A DNA stretch of 64,000 nt from Eledone cirrhosa. Taxonomy: Eukaryota. How positions within the stretch are numbered: position 1 is the stretch's first letter; each line of letters begins with the position of its first letter. The position numbers were made by a program, and so were the translations under genes. Shown piece after piece: positions 23,801-38,200 of the stretch. The stretch is from contig OZ024741.1 in the NCBI GenBank assembly GCA_964016885.1, positions 350,486,001 through 350,550,000 of the forward strand, in the 5' to 3' direction. The notes under the pieces were generated by a model. It was not told the DNA's origin, ran no database searches, and saw nothing but the letters and a program-made list of their open reading frames with translations.

Positions 23801-25959
23801 GCATACCTTAAAAGGAGACATTGTATATTGTTGCCTTTGATACACTATCTGAAGAAGAAAAAACACAGGATGGTCAAGATTAGAATGCCTTTCATTATAG
23901 ATTTGCCAAAATGAAACTGACCTGAGATGTAACAAGAACACTTAATACTGGCAAAACTAACCAGCAAGACACCCAGTGGTAGACCCCGAGCAAGATGGTT
24001 GGATAACATCCATGAGCTTGGCTGATCAAGCTTGGGGATCCAGCTGGATCAGTTGGAGACGGTTGCTTCTGACAGGACCCGTTGGAGGGAGTGTTTGAGG
24101 ACCCTACCCCACGACCCTCTTGGGAATAAATAGACGAAGAAGGTTTACAGTTACACAGGATTTTATAATCAGTGTGTATGGCTATAAGTATCCAGCTTAG
24201 ATTAAGGACACCACATCCCTGCATTTTGTAAGAAGCTACTAAAAGGGTTAGTGTCAGGGAGGACATTTAGCTGTAAAACATTGCCTTAAAATGTTCTATC
24301 CAACCAATGCCAGCATTGAAAAATTGATATAAAAATGTTACCGTGTATTTAGACCAGAAACTTTTTTTTAAAACTGATTTTATTTGTTAGTCTAAGGAAA
24401 AAAAAGACAGTAACCATTACCTTTTTTAAAACAGCACTTTATTATAGTTAGGGGCTGGTGAAGGTCAAATTAACAACAAATAGCAGAATGAATAGTAGCA
24501 AATTAATAATTGAAGAGAAAATAGAGAATTTAAGATGAGAGAAATCTCCTGGATAAGATGTTGATCAATCACAGGGAGTATGTTTTCTTTAAGAGGTACT
24601 GGAACTCAACAGATCTGGGGGTCTCTTCTCAACATCATTGCTCAGGGTTGGGAACCATGAACAATTACACCATTGCTCATCTGTATGATGTTGTATGTCC
24701 ATGATTCTTATCAGGTAAAAAAGCAACATAAATGAGTCCCCGAGTCCTCATCCGACTATTACTCGGAAGCTGGCTACCAAGCTGCAGCTCATCCATCTTC
24801 ATCAAGCTAATTAAAGATATACATGTGACATAGGTCCAACACTACTCCCAAGTTAACACTCCAGAGTTAATAGCAACAACAGCAAGTGTTTTTCTTGGTG
24901 CCAACCTTTTAGTTGTCTCTTGTGATAAGCAAGGATATAGTGTAGCTATTCCAACAGAGTGAAGTACCGTAAAGGCACCCAGGGATTAGGTGTGATGGAA
25001 GGAAGTAACCTGAAGCCTACCTCTGTAAAGAAAAAAATATTCCTGCGAGTCATCAGCTTAATAAAATTTACTTTAAAAAATATTAAAATGCCGTCTCTCA
25101 GACAAAGGAACTGCATTCTACTCCCTACAGCATATGAACTAAACTTACAAACTTAACAGTGCATAGGTTGTGTGACACGTCAGAAAACAAAGCATTCCAA
25201 ACATGGCCATCCTGGCTGTTTTTTTTAATATAGTTTATAGAAATATCCAATGTGTCCTTTTTTTAAGACAGTAGAATGTGATTTGAGTGGGATTTGGTTG
25301 TTTCTAGAAAGTCAAGTAATCACATAGAAACCTTCCTTTTTAGCTCTGTTCAGTTCCATGATCAAAAGTAATCCAACAATCTTTCATATGTTTAAGCATG
25401 GTATCTGTCAGACCTCATTACCTCTCAAGATAGAGGTAATGACATCTGATAGATTTAATTTGAAGCTAAATTTGGCTGCTAATTCTAGCAGGCTAAACAA
25501 CCATATAGAAAGTCCATGGTTGAATCATTAGGTATTTGCAACAGTCAAACATTTACAGGTTCCTAAGTATAATAATCTACCAGCTGTTGGGTGGTAAATA
25601 AGGATTCTTAGGAATAAGTCTGCTTTGAATACTCTGAATTAGAAACCATGAACCAATCTAATCTCTGCTAACATAGGTTACCATGCCACACTGGAGCTCA
25701 AATCTCTCAAAGGACCCCTAAACTAAACACTTTAATGGCTGTTGCTGTTGCACAGTTCAACTGAAGCTCATAGGATCAGAGTGAGAGAGACCACTATAAG
25801 ACCACAAAAACCCAAACACTTTCATGAAATTAAAACAATCACATCATAGGACTTGGTGAAGTTCAAAGACTTAACATACTCAAATTTACCCCCCCCCCCA
25901 ACCACTATAAAAATAAACACCTTTTCTCTAACAATAGGGAAAGAAGAATTTAAAGAAAA

Positions 25960-27230
25960 TCTGGGATTACAAATAAGTTCGTATATGACAGTGCACATAC
26001 TTAAATATGGTGTGTTTCGCGGACAGGATGGAGAAGACGTTTCCTCGGAAGACGGCAAGGGAGACGTGCTGGAAAAGCCACTCCAACTAGCGGGGTTCAC
26101 ACCTGCGGCTGGCCAGTTCAGCGCCTATGGTGGTGAGTAGGGAGGTAGCTCTAGGGCCGAGGACACCAACAGTCTCCACTGCCAGCGGTACAACCGCAAA
26201 CCTCTCGGAGAGCGACCGTTATTTGAGGAGTTTGGCCTCCTCAGCCCAACATGCAGCAGAACCTGGGTTAGTCGCAGACTGCACCAGGTTGCGGCTGCAG
26301 ATAGTGTTGGTGCAAGTAACATCCCAGACGAGAGGTTTGCCACCGCGGAACGAGAAGACGGTCATGCCATCTGGCCTTTTGCCATCCCCTCGTTCCAGCC
26401 CCACCGGCTCGAGCTGGGAAGGGAAGCTCGCAGCGTCCAAGCCATGCTTTATGACCTCGTTGAGGGCAGCGTGGCGTGGAAGGCAGCCGGCACTGTGGCA
26501 ACAGGAAAGCAGGTGGAAGCCAAAAGAGTCCACGGTGGATCCGCAGCGACATTGGTGTGGCTCGCAGATCCGGAGGCCGAGCCTCAAGGAAACGCCGATG
26601 CGCAGGCTATTGTTGTCTAGTTGTGTGCCAATGTAGAAGGAGGGCAGGGCATGGAGCCAAGCACCACTGTGGGGTTTGGAGGCGGCACGAAAGCAGACAA
26701 GGTGGTGCTGGTCGAGCTGGCGTGTGAGCCTGTCTGAGGCCAGGCTGCACTGGATGGCATCCAAGTGCTTTGGGGGCACTTGACGTCAACAGGGGGAGAA
26801 GGAGGGACGTCTACTGGGCTAAGTCCCAGCCGGTCCCACATCGCACAGGCGGCATCACCTTCTCTGAACACAGAGGGTTCTATTGTTTTGAAGAGCCCTG
26901 CTGACGAGGACGCGGCACGAGGTTACCGACAAAAGATACGCCGGCAAAGCCAGCGAGATTGGGGACCGGAGGCCAAGGCCGCCATACCTGACAGGTAAAG
27001 TGGCCTGTTGCCATCCAATGTCCTCAAACTTGACGTTGCATATCGCCTCGGCTGCTGCTCAGATACAAGTATCGATGTCAGCGAGGAGAGATGTGTAGGT
27101 GTAGCACGGAGCGCTGCAAAGGGTATAGAGGAACTCCGGCATAGCGAAGCAGTTCCTCAACAGAAAGAGAGCTGGGTGGCTGTCAATCAAGCCCAGTCGG
27201 CTCGTGAGAGTCTGAAGTTGCCTAGTCAAA
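25960..27230 (-). mobile_element. CRE-clade non-LTR retrotransposon 3' half (zinc knuckle + restriction-like endonuclease)
   Basis: SGAWLHALP, LRLGL, CRCG..H.LSC, RHAALN, EPVGL..GDGKRPDG, LVWDVT. Confidence 0.85.
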
Positions 27231-27689
27231 AAAATTAAGAATGTTAAGATGACGAACTAAGGGATTTCTGATTAGCTAGCCTTGAAGTTATCAAATAAAT
27301 ATGATGTCAGAATATACAAAGTATAATGCAACAACATTTTAAAGTACTCAAGAAAACTGTTCGGTGAAGAGATTAACAAAGTAATTGACCATCGCAAAGC
27401 CTATCTTACCATAACAATGAGAGATCAGGGGAAGAGTATAAATTATGTATATAGTGTGGGAGAAGAGAGTTACTATTAAATATTTTCACTTTCTTACTAA
27501 ACCAACTTCATCATCATCGTTTAACGTCCATCTTCCACGCTAGCATGAGTTAGACAGTTTTGTTCCATTTGATGCAGGAATGTTCGGGAGACCATGTCTC
27601 GCTCACATGGAAGCGTCTCTGGCAGGTTTTTATTTACAGCTGGATGCCCTTCCTAACACCAACCACATTTACATTTAATTGTAATTTAA

Positions 27690-30190
27690 GGGTCAGTCCA
27701 CCATGTGGTCTTGGTTGACAGGATGGAGAAGACATTGCCCCAGAGGTCGGTGAAGGAGGTGCACTGGAACAACCTCACACCTGCAAGCAACCAACTCTGC
27801 TTCGATAACAGTGAGCAGGAATGGAGAACGGGAGCAAAGAATTCCGGATGTCTCCACTGCCACATGCCCAACCACAAACCTATCAGAGAGCCGTCTATAC
27901 TTTGCCCTTTTTGGTCTGATGGGCAGTGAACCTGGGCTGGTAGCCAAATGCTAGAGAAGGTGTCACATGTAGCATCCCAGATGAGGTGCCTACACCCACG
28001 GAATGGGAAGATTGTCATACCATCTGGCCTTTTGCCCTCTCCTTGGTCCAGCCCCACTGGTTTGAGCTGTGGGGTTGGGACGCTGAGCGAGAACAGGCCA
28101 GATGGTGCTGGTTGAGGTCATGTTGCACTAAATGGCATCCCATGTTTTGGGGGAACTGAACATCTACAGAAGAAGGATGGGGATAGATGTTCACAGAGCA
28201 AAGGTCAGGCTGGTTCCATGTCAGTCCACCCCGCGTTTCTCAATCACAGTCAGTTCAGTTGTGTTGTTGAGAACTCTGTTCATGAGGACACGACAAGAGG
28301 ACACCAATGAAAGAAAAGTCGGCAGGGCCAGTGATATTAGAGACCAGAGACCAAGGCTGCTATATCTGACAGGTGAGGTGGCCTGTTACCATCCAGTGTC
28401 ATCAAACCAGACTTTGCATATCTCCTCAGCAGCCTGCTGGACCTAAAGGTAGAGTGAATGGCAGGCGGGAGGATTGGCAAACCAAGTATGAGGACGTTTT
28501 CTTTAAAGGTCACCTGCTCCTGATGGAGTAATTATCACACGTCTGAGATGGAGGCTGCGAAATCCTCTGCGTTATAATTGACATTTACGACCTCCAGGAT
28601 GATTGATCTCGAGGGCAATCATCACCAGAGTGGGAACCACTGATCAGAGATCATAACAGACACTGTTTGGACCCGCCTATCGTAACGTTGTATAGGTACC
28701 AGATATTGAGAGGGATGGTGATGCTGAAGAGGAAGGAGCTCAATGGATCACCTTGTTGGACACTGGTTGAAGATGGTATGACCTTGTCCGCAGTGAGGAG
28801 CATGCTCAAAGACCGGTATGACAGGTAAACCAGTGGGTAGACGGATGTGGCACAGCTGAGGCAAGCCTCAAGAAAGTGGTCGGAGTGCAGACAGTTAAAG
28901 GCATTTTTCAAGCTTGACGATAAGATGCCTGGAATCACTTGGCACTGGCCTGGGAGGACAACTATTGATGAAGTGTCTACTGGCTTGGGCACCCCACAAC
29001 ACCAGCTGGCAATGCTAACCCCTAGCAGCACCGGGCTTAATTTCTTGCCTAGTTCAGGTACGACATACTTAGATGACCTTGGTTGCAAGCCTCCGGAAAG
29101 CAACATTTCCAACTGCGATGGGATATATTCCATTGTCGTTCTTCTTCATAACAGTGAGGCAGGCTGAAAAGAAGCCTCAGGAACAAAAGTCCAGGGCGCC
29201 ATGAATGAACCTTGTTAATGAGGGCCATAATAATGCTCAGCAGGCAGTGCTCAGTTTCAGCAGAGGGGGTGGGGGTACAATAAGTCTTTGAGGTGGCGAG
29301 ATTGGAGACTATCGCCACATCTGCCACTGCTGGCAAAGAAAGACCTGAGTAGAGATGATGTCTTCCTTAGCGGCCATGTATAGCAGTTGACAATCAGGTA
29401 GGTGTATGAGTCTGAGGTCTGCAGGTGGCTCAGGATGTTTGAGCCAGAGAGCAGCCAAGACAGCCTCAGTGGGGTGTAGGACGGTGTTGGCACAACTACT
29501 CTGACAGCAGTCAAGACCTGAGTTCGATGTTTACCCAGTCACATAAAAGCTTTGAGCTGGCATCAGGGGAAAAGGACTGCAGGCACACGTATGAGTGGGC
29601 CAATGTTGACAGGCTATCTCAATCAGCACAAGCGTTAGGGAGACCAAGGGCAAGTGGGGCAAAATAAAAATTTAAAAAAAATCACTCCCAATCACTGTGT
29701 CGATAGGTATCCAGGACTTTCCAAACTGAGGATGAGGGGGCATCGGCGACTGGCACCCACGCTGCTTTCAAGATCTTATGGTCGATCTTCTGAAATTACC
29801 TGAGCCAAGCAAAGTTGACCAGTGAGGGTTGGAATGAGACAGGCACTGTATCATCTGAGGGTGTGGTAAATGACCACAGCTGCACAGGCAAGAAGAGGCA
29901 GCTGATGCATTCAGATGTTGAGAGCAGATTCTAGGTCCATCATTTCAGGCTGACTCAAGAGAGATGATGGAAAACTTTGCAAGTTGAACAGTTTCAACCT
30001 CTCTTCCGCTTGTTGATGGTGGAGCATGTACTGCAGGTAGCTCCCTGCAGGGATTGGGTGGGGGCAATGTGGATGTTGACATTTTGTTCAAGACGCTGAT
30101 TAGCATCTTGAAACTGGGTGGGGGGATACGGTGGCTATGCTGATGTGGTGATGGCTGCTGGTTTACGAAGAGTAAGGGTTTGATTTGTGT
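27690..30190 (-). mobile_element. Second, near full-length but degraded CRE-clade element
   Basis: GKRPDGMT..LIWDAT..AVETSG; RT blocks KNAFN, VQQGDPLS, WYL; degraded N-terminal region near 29750-30090. Confidence 0.75.
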
Positions 30191-30519
30191 GAAAATATGC
30201 GTAAACTGTAGAAATGAATATTGTGTATGTATGTGTGTGTGTGTGTGTTAAGAAAGAACAATTTTCAAGTATGCCAAAATAAATAAATATATATGGAAAG
30301 TAATGGAGGAAAGGAGCAAATTTATCAAAAGAACCTGAAATGTGAAAGCATTGGAAATATAAATCCATCCCGTTTATGGATCATGGTCCAAATCATAAAG
30401 TTTCTTCCTTGTCCCTTCCTGCTGTTTGTTCTGGGTGCACGTGTGGGTTGAGATTGTTGTTGGTTCTTGTTTTCCTATCCCCTTTCTCGTGTAGCTCTAT
30501 TTTTTTATGAGGGGCGGTC

Positions 30520-32450
30520 ATGGATATTTCAATTTTCTGCTGCTTTCAGGTATCCAATGTTTCCTCAATGACAATATGTAAGCACCAAATCAACTTACAA
30601 AGGAAAAAAAAAAAACTGTTCTACTTTAAAAACAAACCAATCAGGATCGTCTGCAGTGAAATCAACTTTGTTTTTTTCTAGCTGTAAACTAAACAGACGT
30701 AAAGCGACGACGTGAAATGTTGAAATGCTTAAATCTAGTGAAGGTTCTCACTGAAAAAAAGCTAGAGTGTACAAGGAAACATGATGAAAGCAACATATTG
30801 CACCATGAAACCTTAGGTTGGATGAAAAAACGTAAAAACCGTAATGTAAACTCAGCTATAAACAGGCTAGAAAGAAAACAGCAAGATGGAATAAACAGAC
30901 AAAATATGACAGAGCATAAGAACCTACATAAATGCCATAGAAACAATAATTCAACATGAGAAAAGGTTTATGTCAGCTTAAAGACAACGGTAAAGACCAG
31001 ATTAAAGTATGAAAAAAAAAGGCAAGAATCATTACAAAATGTAGAAAAAGGATCGTAGAAAAAGCAAAATGTGTTCTAACAAAAACTATTCAGTAATAAA
31101 CGTCTTTATACCATTGAAATCAAAATTATACAAGTTCCAGAAATGACACCATACAAAGTGAAACACAAAGAAACAACCGAAGAGAAGTAAAGCTCCAGGA
31201 CAAAACAACACCACAGCCGATGCCCTAAAGATGCAGGAGAAACTATATTACAGCATATTGGCAAATTCTTCATTGCTAGCCCCATAGCAAAGCAAATTCA
31301 CCATAAGTTGACAATGCAAATATTCAGTCTACAGCACAAAATGAGGGAGAGAAAAGACTTAAGAGTTGTCGCCCTTGTTTATATCAAAATTTTGAGCACC
31401 CATATGCTCTTTTTGTCTATTAATTGCACAAATATCAGTTGATGGAAGTTTTACAACTCATTATATAGACCATGCGTGTGCAACATATTCCATTGGCGGG
31501 CCACTTTTGAACATTGGAACAACTGTTAGGGCCATTGATATTTATTAAGCACTATTCCAAAGATTTACTACAACTTCTTTCCATAACATAGAACTGAGAA
31601 ATTATAACACACATAACCCTATCAGTGAAGCCCTTTAGTATAGGTCGACTAACAGAAAATTGTATTACGGTTACGAAAAAATCCTAAATAAGCCTACAAG
31701 GTAAAAATTAAAAACGGTCATCGCGGGCCGCTCTGACTGATCTGGCAGGCCGGATTGTGGCCCGCGGGCCGCCTGTTGCACGCCCCTGATATAGACCATA
31801 CCGTATCTATATCTAATATGCAGAAAATTTCCACTAACTATTTTGTTGATGTTAAGCCTTTCTAAGTGTTGTATATATTGCTTCCACCATAGGCAAAATG
31901 CCTCAAAGTGTCATATTTACAAGCTTTTCACAAAGATCAAGAAATGAAAAAAAAAATGAACGGAAATTAACCATGTGAAGGAAGTTTTTCTATGCACTCA
32001 CCGTCTACATGTCATAAATCAACAAATCGGAAAATTGACAATATACCATTCGACTGTGGCTGCCAAAATATGTTTGACACTAGAAACTATAACCAAAGCA
32101 AAATACCTCAAATTAAGATTTTTAAATATACACAAAATTTCCATGAGACGAGAATCCCTTCACTTTGATAAGGTAAACATTTTTATAAGGCTCTAGACAT
32201 GAAGAAGCGCCCAAAGCTAAATTATATTGTCAAGTTCGGGGCTGAGATGGCACTAGATGGATGAAATAGTGTACAGACTAGATTCCGAGAAACCACAACA
32301 AAATGAAGAAAAAAAGGGAAAGAAAGAAACAGGGTACCACACCGAAAACAAAAAGGATAAATTTGACAACAAAAATTGGAAGTCGAACATCTAAAGTCGA
32401 AAAACTATGGAAAGATGGAAAAAAAATCGCGCAACAGTTAAAGAGCAAAA
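30520..32450 (+). mobile_element. Old RTE relic interrupted by a hAT MITE
   Basis: KAPGQNNTTADALKDAG at about 31190; RWMK..IPRN C-terminal remnant at about 32255. Confidence 0.5.
31471..31788. mobile_element. hAT (Charlie-like) MITE, 318 bp, 8-bp TSD ATATAGAC
   Basis: ATATAGAC at 31463-31470 and 31789-31796; imperfect TIRs CATGCGTGTGCAAC / GTTGCACGCCCCTG. Confidence 0.82.
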
Positions 32451-32879
32451 ATTGGTTTGATTCAAATATCGTCAAAACCAGTTTGAAAAACACATGGCGA
32501 GGGCGGTGGATTGGCAGTATCGGTAGAGGGTCGGACACCATGCTTTGCAGCACAGTTACGTCCCTTTACGCACTGAGTTCAAATCCCGCCGAGGTTAACT
32601 TTGCCTTTCATCCTTACGGGGTCGATAATATAAAGCACCAGTAATACACTGGGATAATTGCTGGCTTTGTGCCAAAAGTAGAAACAATTATTAATATATT
32701 ATTAGAGTTACCTGAAATATAATTTGTTTAGTGTCAAAAGCTGAAGGCCCTTCGACACAATATTATCAGAAGTGGAGCAAAACAAACAATCTATATCTTT
32801 TTAGATTATATCTTTTAAAAGGGTAAAATTATAGAAAGCAGGTTTTTCTAGGTTTTTTTCTCGTGTTTACAACTAACCT

Positions 32880-33110
32880 AATCCCCGACAAGCTCGCAAT
32901 CGATATTTCTTTTCCGAAAACGGATTTTAGGGGGGCGAGGTTGAGACGCTCGGATTTTCCCAGACTTGGAGTTCTCTTCGGTGGGAATTTTTTTCTTTTC
33001 TAGGTCTTATTCGTTTGCTTTCAACCGATCTGACTCACTTGCCAACGACTCCTTTTTCCGAAAATGGAGGCAGAGGGGGGGGGGGGGGATTCCCTCGGAG
33101 TTACAGATAA
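32880..33110 (-). promoter_or_regulatory. Candidate non-coding first exon or promoter region of the minus-strand gene
   Basis: Locally CpG-rich, non-repetitive, ends in TAG|gttagt on the minus strand. No transcript evidence. Confidence 0.25.
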
Positions 33111-34145
33111 GCACCTCTCAGCCGTTTAAACGTATAGAAAAGCACCAGCTGGGAATCGTTAAAAAAAAAATTTCCCTAGGTTATTTTAGGCATAAGGCCA
33201 GCAATTATCCAGTACATTACTGGTACTTTATTTTATCGACCCCGTAAGGATGAAAGGCAAAGTTAACCTAAGCGGGATTTGAACTCAGTTCGTAAAGGGA
33301 CGTAACTGTGCTGTTTTAAGCCAAGCCAACACACTGGGAACACTGCCGCATGTGATAGCGGGGTTGAGACGTTGTGATAACCAAATACCCTCGTAAGAAT
33401 CACCCGATACATCAGTAAGGCGAACCGAAACTGACAAGAATCTTGTTTGTTATAGGGATGATGGTTGTTTTGTCCGAGGCCAGCTGTGCCGAACAATTTA
33501 TTTATTATCCGGGCAGTGTATCTAAGATTTCATTATCAAAAGTGCCCCTAAGATGGTGTAGTATAATGAAGGAAATTTATTTGATATATCTAGCAGATCG
33601 AACGACAATATAGAGGATACCTCTATAACCGTTGAAAATTAACGATACAAAATATAGCTCGTTGAGAAGAACGATACCTCATTCGCTAATTCTTAGACTG
33701 AAAACAGCTGTCTTCGGGAACTTTTTTTTTTTTTTTTCCGCTTTTTGTCATACATTTGTGAACAATAACTGCAGTTAAAAGCAGGAGTTACGTAACTATT
33801 TAAAATGTGAAACATCACCATGAATTTAGAGGATACGCAATAGTTGGTTAAATCGATTCACTTTATCGTTGGTACTTTATACGGAAGGGCACTAATAATT
33901 GTTTCTATATTTGGCACAAGACCACCAATTTGAAGGGAAGGGGAAAGTCGATTAAACGGTCCCAGGGCGTTACTCGTGCTTTAATTGATCGACCTTGTAA
34001 TGATAGAAGGCAAAGCTAACCTCGGCGGGATTTGAACTCAGAACATTAAGAACCGGGAAAATACTGCTAAATATTTGTTCGATGTTCTAACGATTCTGCA
34101 AATTAATAATTTATAACATGAATAATTAAGACAGTAAATTTTGAT

Positions 34146-34446
34146 AATTACACTCATCTCGGGAGAAAATTTGTTTTTTATGTTTTGAAGGAATCTGACC
34201 ATCAAAACCATCGAAAATATTTGTTTTTTAGTTAACCCGAGTGGGGAGAAGAACCCTTGGTGTTTTGTTTACACAAGAAGGTGAAATTTGTTTTTCCCGT
34301 AGTTTTTGGTGTTTGAACAAATCTGACTTTTAAAACCGGTAACTAAAAAACGAATAATTTCCGACAGTTTTGAATGTCAGATTCGTTCAAAACACAAGAA
34401 CCATAGACAAAACAAATTTCACATCCAACGTGAGACGGGTGCAATT
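34146..34446. mobile_element. Foldback MITE-like element
   Basis: AATTACACTCATCTC...GAGACGGGTGCAATT termini; internal TTTGAA..AATCTGAC repeats in both orientations. Confidence 0.5.
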
Positions 34447-36049
34447 ATAAAAAAAAAAATTACCATAAAAACTAACAGTGAACAAAATATTAACTGTGAT
34501 ATGAACCAATTAAAATACGTTAATTGAAACATTTTTTTTAAGTATTTCCGAACCTCCGTCAAATTGTTTATTTTTCAGATTATGGAGTTTCTGTATCGCA
34601 TTAATTTGGTTAAGAAATTTAAGACATATTAAAACGTTTACTTGGATAAATTTACTCCACAAATGAAGAAAAAATACCACATTAATAATAAAGTTTTCGT
34701 TATGCGCCACAAGAGCAATGGATGTGGAACAAACAATGCAGAAAAACAGTGGGATTTTATATCGAATCGGGACAAAATATTTCGCTAGGGTATTCTGGAT
34801 TAAAACTAATGAAATAACAACACATGTTTATGTGTATGTATGTGTGTGTTAAAAGTAAGTAGCCACATCTGTCAAAAGTATTTCTTTAGAAAATAAATTT
34901 GATAAGTTAGTTTACCTTTGAGTTTGTAATATCCCCCAGCTGAATTCGAGGACGTTTCTTCACGCGACTCAGGACAGCTTCAGATAAAGTAGGTGTTTTG
35001 AACAAACTTCCGTCGCTTATTTTACTGCTAGACAACCTAGTACTGTATTTTCTTTTAAGCGAAGACATTTTGTTCTTTTAGAAATAAATGTTAAATAAAA
35101 GTTATATATTTCCAAATTCCGAACAGCTACTTCTGTTCTCTATAATAAAATTACAAGGTGGTTGTGTTTTTTTATATGCGACTTACGACAGTTGTCTCTT
35201 AGGATAAAAGAGATTTTTGTATTAAAAATGTAAAAATAATAATCTCCAAATTTAAAAACAACGATCTAATTGACAGGTCGTCAGAGAAGTTTGATTTAAT
35301 CTGTCACGGAAAGGAGGCAGAAGCCAATTAGTTCAAATTTGTTCAGGTGATTTGTAACAGCGGAAATAGATTAACGTAAATTTCCTTTTTTGATCAGTTT
35401 GAATTTACGCGCGGTGATATGGGAAACAACTCCTTCGACCACATTTCTCTTTTTCTTTCTTTCTTCCACTTTTTATTTTTATTTATTTATTTTTTTAACT
35501 TAGTCTTTCTTTTCCTAAGGCGACGAATTGGCAGAGTCGTTGGAACGTCGGAGAGGATGCTTTGTGGTATTCATTTCGGCTCTCTAGGTTCAAATCCCGC
35601 CGAGGTCAACATTGTATTTCATCCTTTCGAGGTAGATTAAAAAAATACTAGTCTAGTACTGGGGTCAATTTTTCTATATCTCTTCCTCACTTTCTTTCTC
35701 TCAATCTTTATATCCTTCTTTAGGTGTATTCAGACCTGGAGAGGAGAGGTTTCAAAATGTCCTAGAAACGCCGTATGTCAATACGGCGCCTCTACGACTC
35801 CCTCGGGAGTTACAGGACCATGCCATACCTTTCTTTTCCTCTCGCCACCTATTTTCTGACCCGATCTTTTTCTCTCATTAACGTATACTCTTGTCTCTAT
35901 CCACATTTTAAACGATCTTTCTTTTCTTTTCTTTTCTTTTTTTTTTAACGTAATATCACGTTTACCGATAAACATACAGTTTTTCAATAATTTTATAGAC
36001 CTATATTTTGTGTTGAAGTTTATCAGTAAACATTATATTAGATGTAGTT

Positions 36050-38200
36050 AAGTCATATATCCTAATGGGAGACTTAAATGCACATGATCAAGGCACTGAT
36101 GACCTGACATGGAAAGGAGTGATTGAAAGGATCGGCGATCCCGATCTAAATACGAATGAAGAGGCCTTATTAAACTTCTATTCTAGTTTGGACTCCCTAT
36201 TATGAACACCTTCCAGCACAAATATATCCATAAATACACATGGTATAAGAGAAATCGGAGACAGATCAATAATTCTGTGCTGGATATTCATGTTAAACGA
36301 GCGTTTGAGCTGTCAACTGATTACCATATAGTTATCTACAACTATCTAAAGCCAAGGAAGTCCCCAAAACTGACATGACCAGGTTGACTTACAAGATAAA
36401 GTGGAAAGCACTGACAGATAAAGAAATCAGACACAGGTTGGCAGATACTATAATAGCGATGTAAATTATTTGGTTGTGGCGTGTAAAGAGTTGGTTTGGG
36501 TTTGGTATTATTCATTTTGACGTGGCAGATGTAGTAGTATTGTTGGCTTGATGGGTGACTGTGTAAGAGGTTTGCCTGTCCCATATGAAACGCTGTGTGA
36601 AATGCCGTTGAATGAACAAATAAACCATGATCGCTACTTAAATAGATTTTATTAAGAAATAACCTGCTACGAGGTTATTGATGATAAAATAGGAAAACAA
36701 GGCTGCGTTGTTGTGTATACGCGTGTGCAGAGAACTCGAAAGATGCATGAACCAGCTTTTATCAAGGGGCCAACACTGTCGAGAGGATGGGGGGGAGGGC
36801 TATATTCTACATCCCTCTGCTTACCGGAGAAACTCTGTGTGATGTGTGTTCAGGGAAACGAAAGCAGAATGGGGTTGAAGAAAGGGTTATCTTTGATTAA
36901 CTGTAAATGACTCTTGTGGAATGCTTTCCCCAGACAAACTGGCAACAATTCGAAACAAAGGGAAAATGAACATCGTGTTTCCCAGAGGTCAGAATACGTG
37001 GTGACACAGATCTACTTTGCTGACATCAGCACAAGAGTTGAAATTACTACCACACTATTGCATCTAAATTCAAAGAAGGTTGATGTGGAGTAGGTGTGCA
37101 GTTTCTGCTTCAGCAGTTCTATTTTGTGGGTGAAAGTGGCTTGGTGTGACGCCGGGTGGCAAAAGGAGCCATTGGTTCAATCAAGAGGCCAAAGATATCG
37201 TCTGAGCAAAGAAGAAGGCTTACAAAGCTTGGCTTGGATATAAGTCCTCCTTTTTTGCACTTACTGCACAAGCATGCGCGTAAAGTCGCAGCAGAGACAG
37301 TAAAGGCGTCCAAAATTAAGACATACGAGGATTTGTGGGTTAAGCTGGAATCCGACTAAAGTTTTCTGACAGACCACACGCCGACTTCGTAATAAGAAGT
37401 CCTCTTTCACGCTTGCTATCGGGAATGCGTCAGGGTTTCTCCTTTCTTCAAGCAGAAAGAATATTTACTGATCTCCTAAACCCGATCAGAACAGCATCTT
37501 CTGATGTACACGAGGTACATCTGGCAGTGATGACTAACCTCTCGGAGGCTGAGGTCACAAGAGCAATTATAGAGCTCAAATGTGGCAAAACAGCTGAGGA
37601 GAATGAAATTCAGTCGGAGATGTTAAAAGCTTTAAATAGTGAAGGTATTCTCTGGCTGACTCGTGTGTGTCGGATGGTCTGGATCTCTGGAAAGGTACGT
37701 AAGCAAGGCAATCGAGAATGATAATCCCAATTTTCGAAAAAAAGGAACAAGAAAAATTGATCCAGTTATAGAGGGATCATTTTGTTTCCGAGAAAACAGG
37801 GTAGAATGGCTTTAAGAAAATCTTATCTTATTTAACCCCAAGTTGGCCAGTTTCTCAAGAATTCTGGCGCCAATTTGAGATAAAGAAAAACAGCATCCTC
37901 GTGTCGTTTGGGGGCCAGTATGTGTGGAGAAATTTCGCTACAGGTGTATAAGCCAAACTCGCTATCTTCAATTCGGTGTTAACGCCAACCATTACCTGTG
38001 ATCATGAATCTTGCGTAATGACCGAAAGAATACGATCATGAATACAAGCGACCGAAATGGGGTTCCTCCGAAGGGTCTTTGGAGTAACATTATTCGATAG
38101 AATGCGTAGCTCGGAGATCTAAAAGTCGCTCTAGGTAGAGCCGTTACTTCTCCGAATTGAGAGATCACAGCTTCGATATTATGGTCATATGGTTAGAATG
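36050..38200 (+). mobile_element. Degraded RTE (non-PHD subfamily); related 3' fragments at 23920-24130 (+), 41510-41940 (-) and 51880-52250 (-)
   Basis: ILMGDLNAH, EIQSEMLKAL, YRGI, IQATEMGFLRRVFGVT, SQLRYYGHMVRM. Confidence 0.75.
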
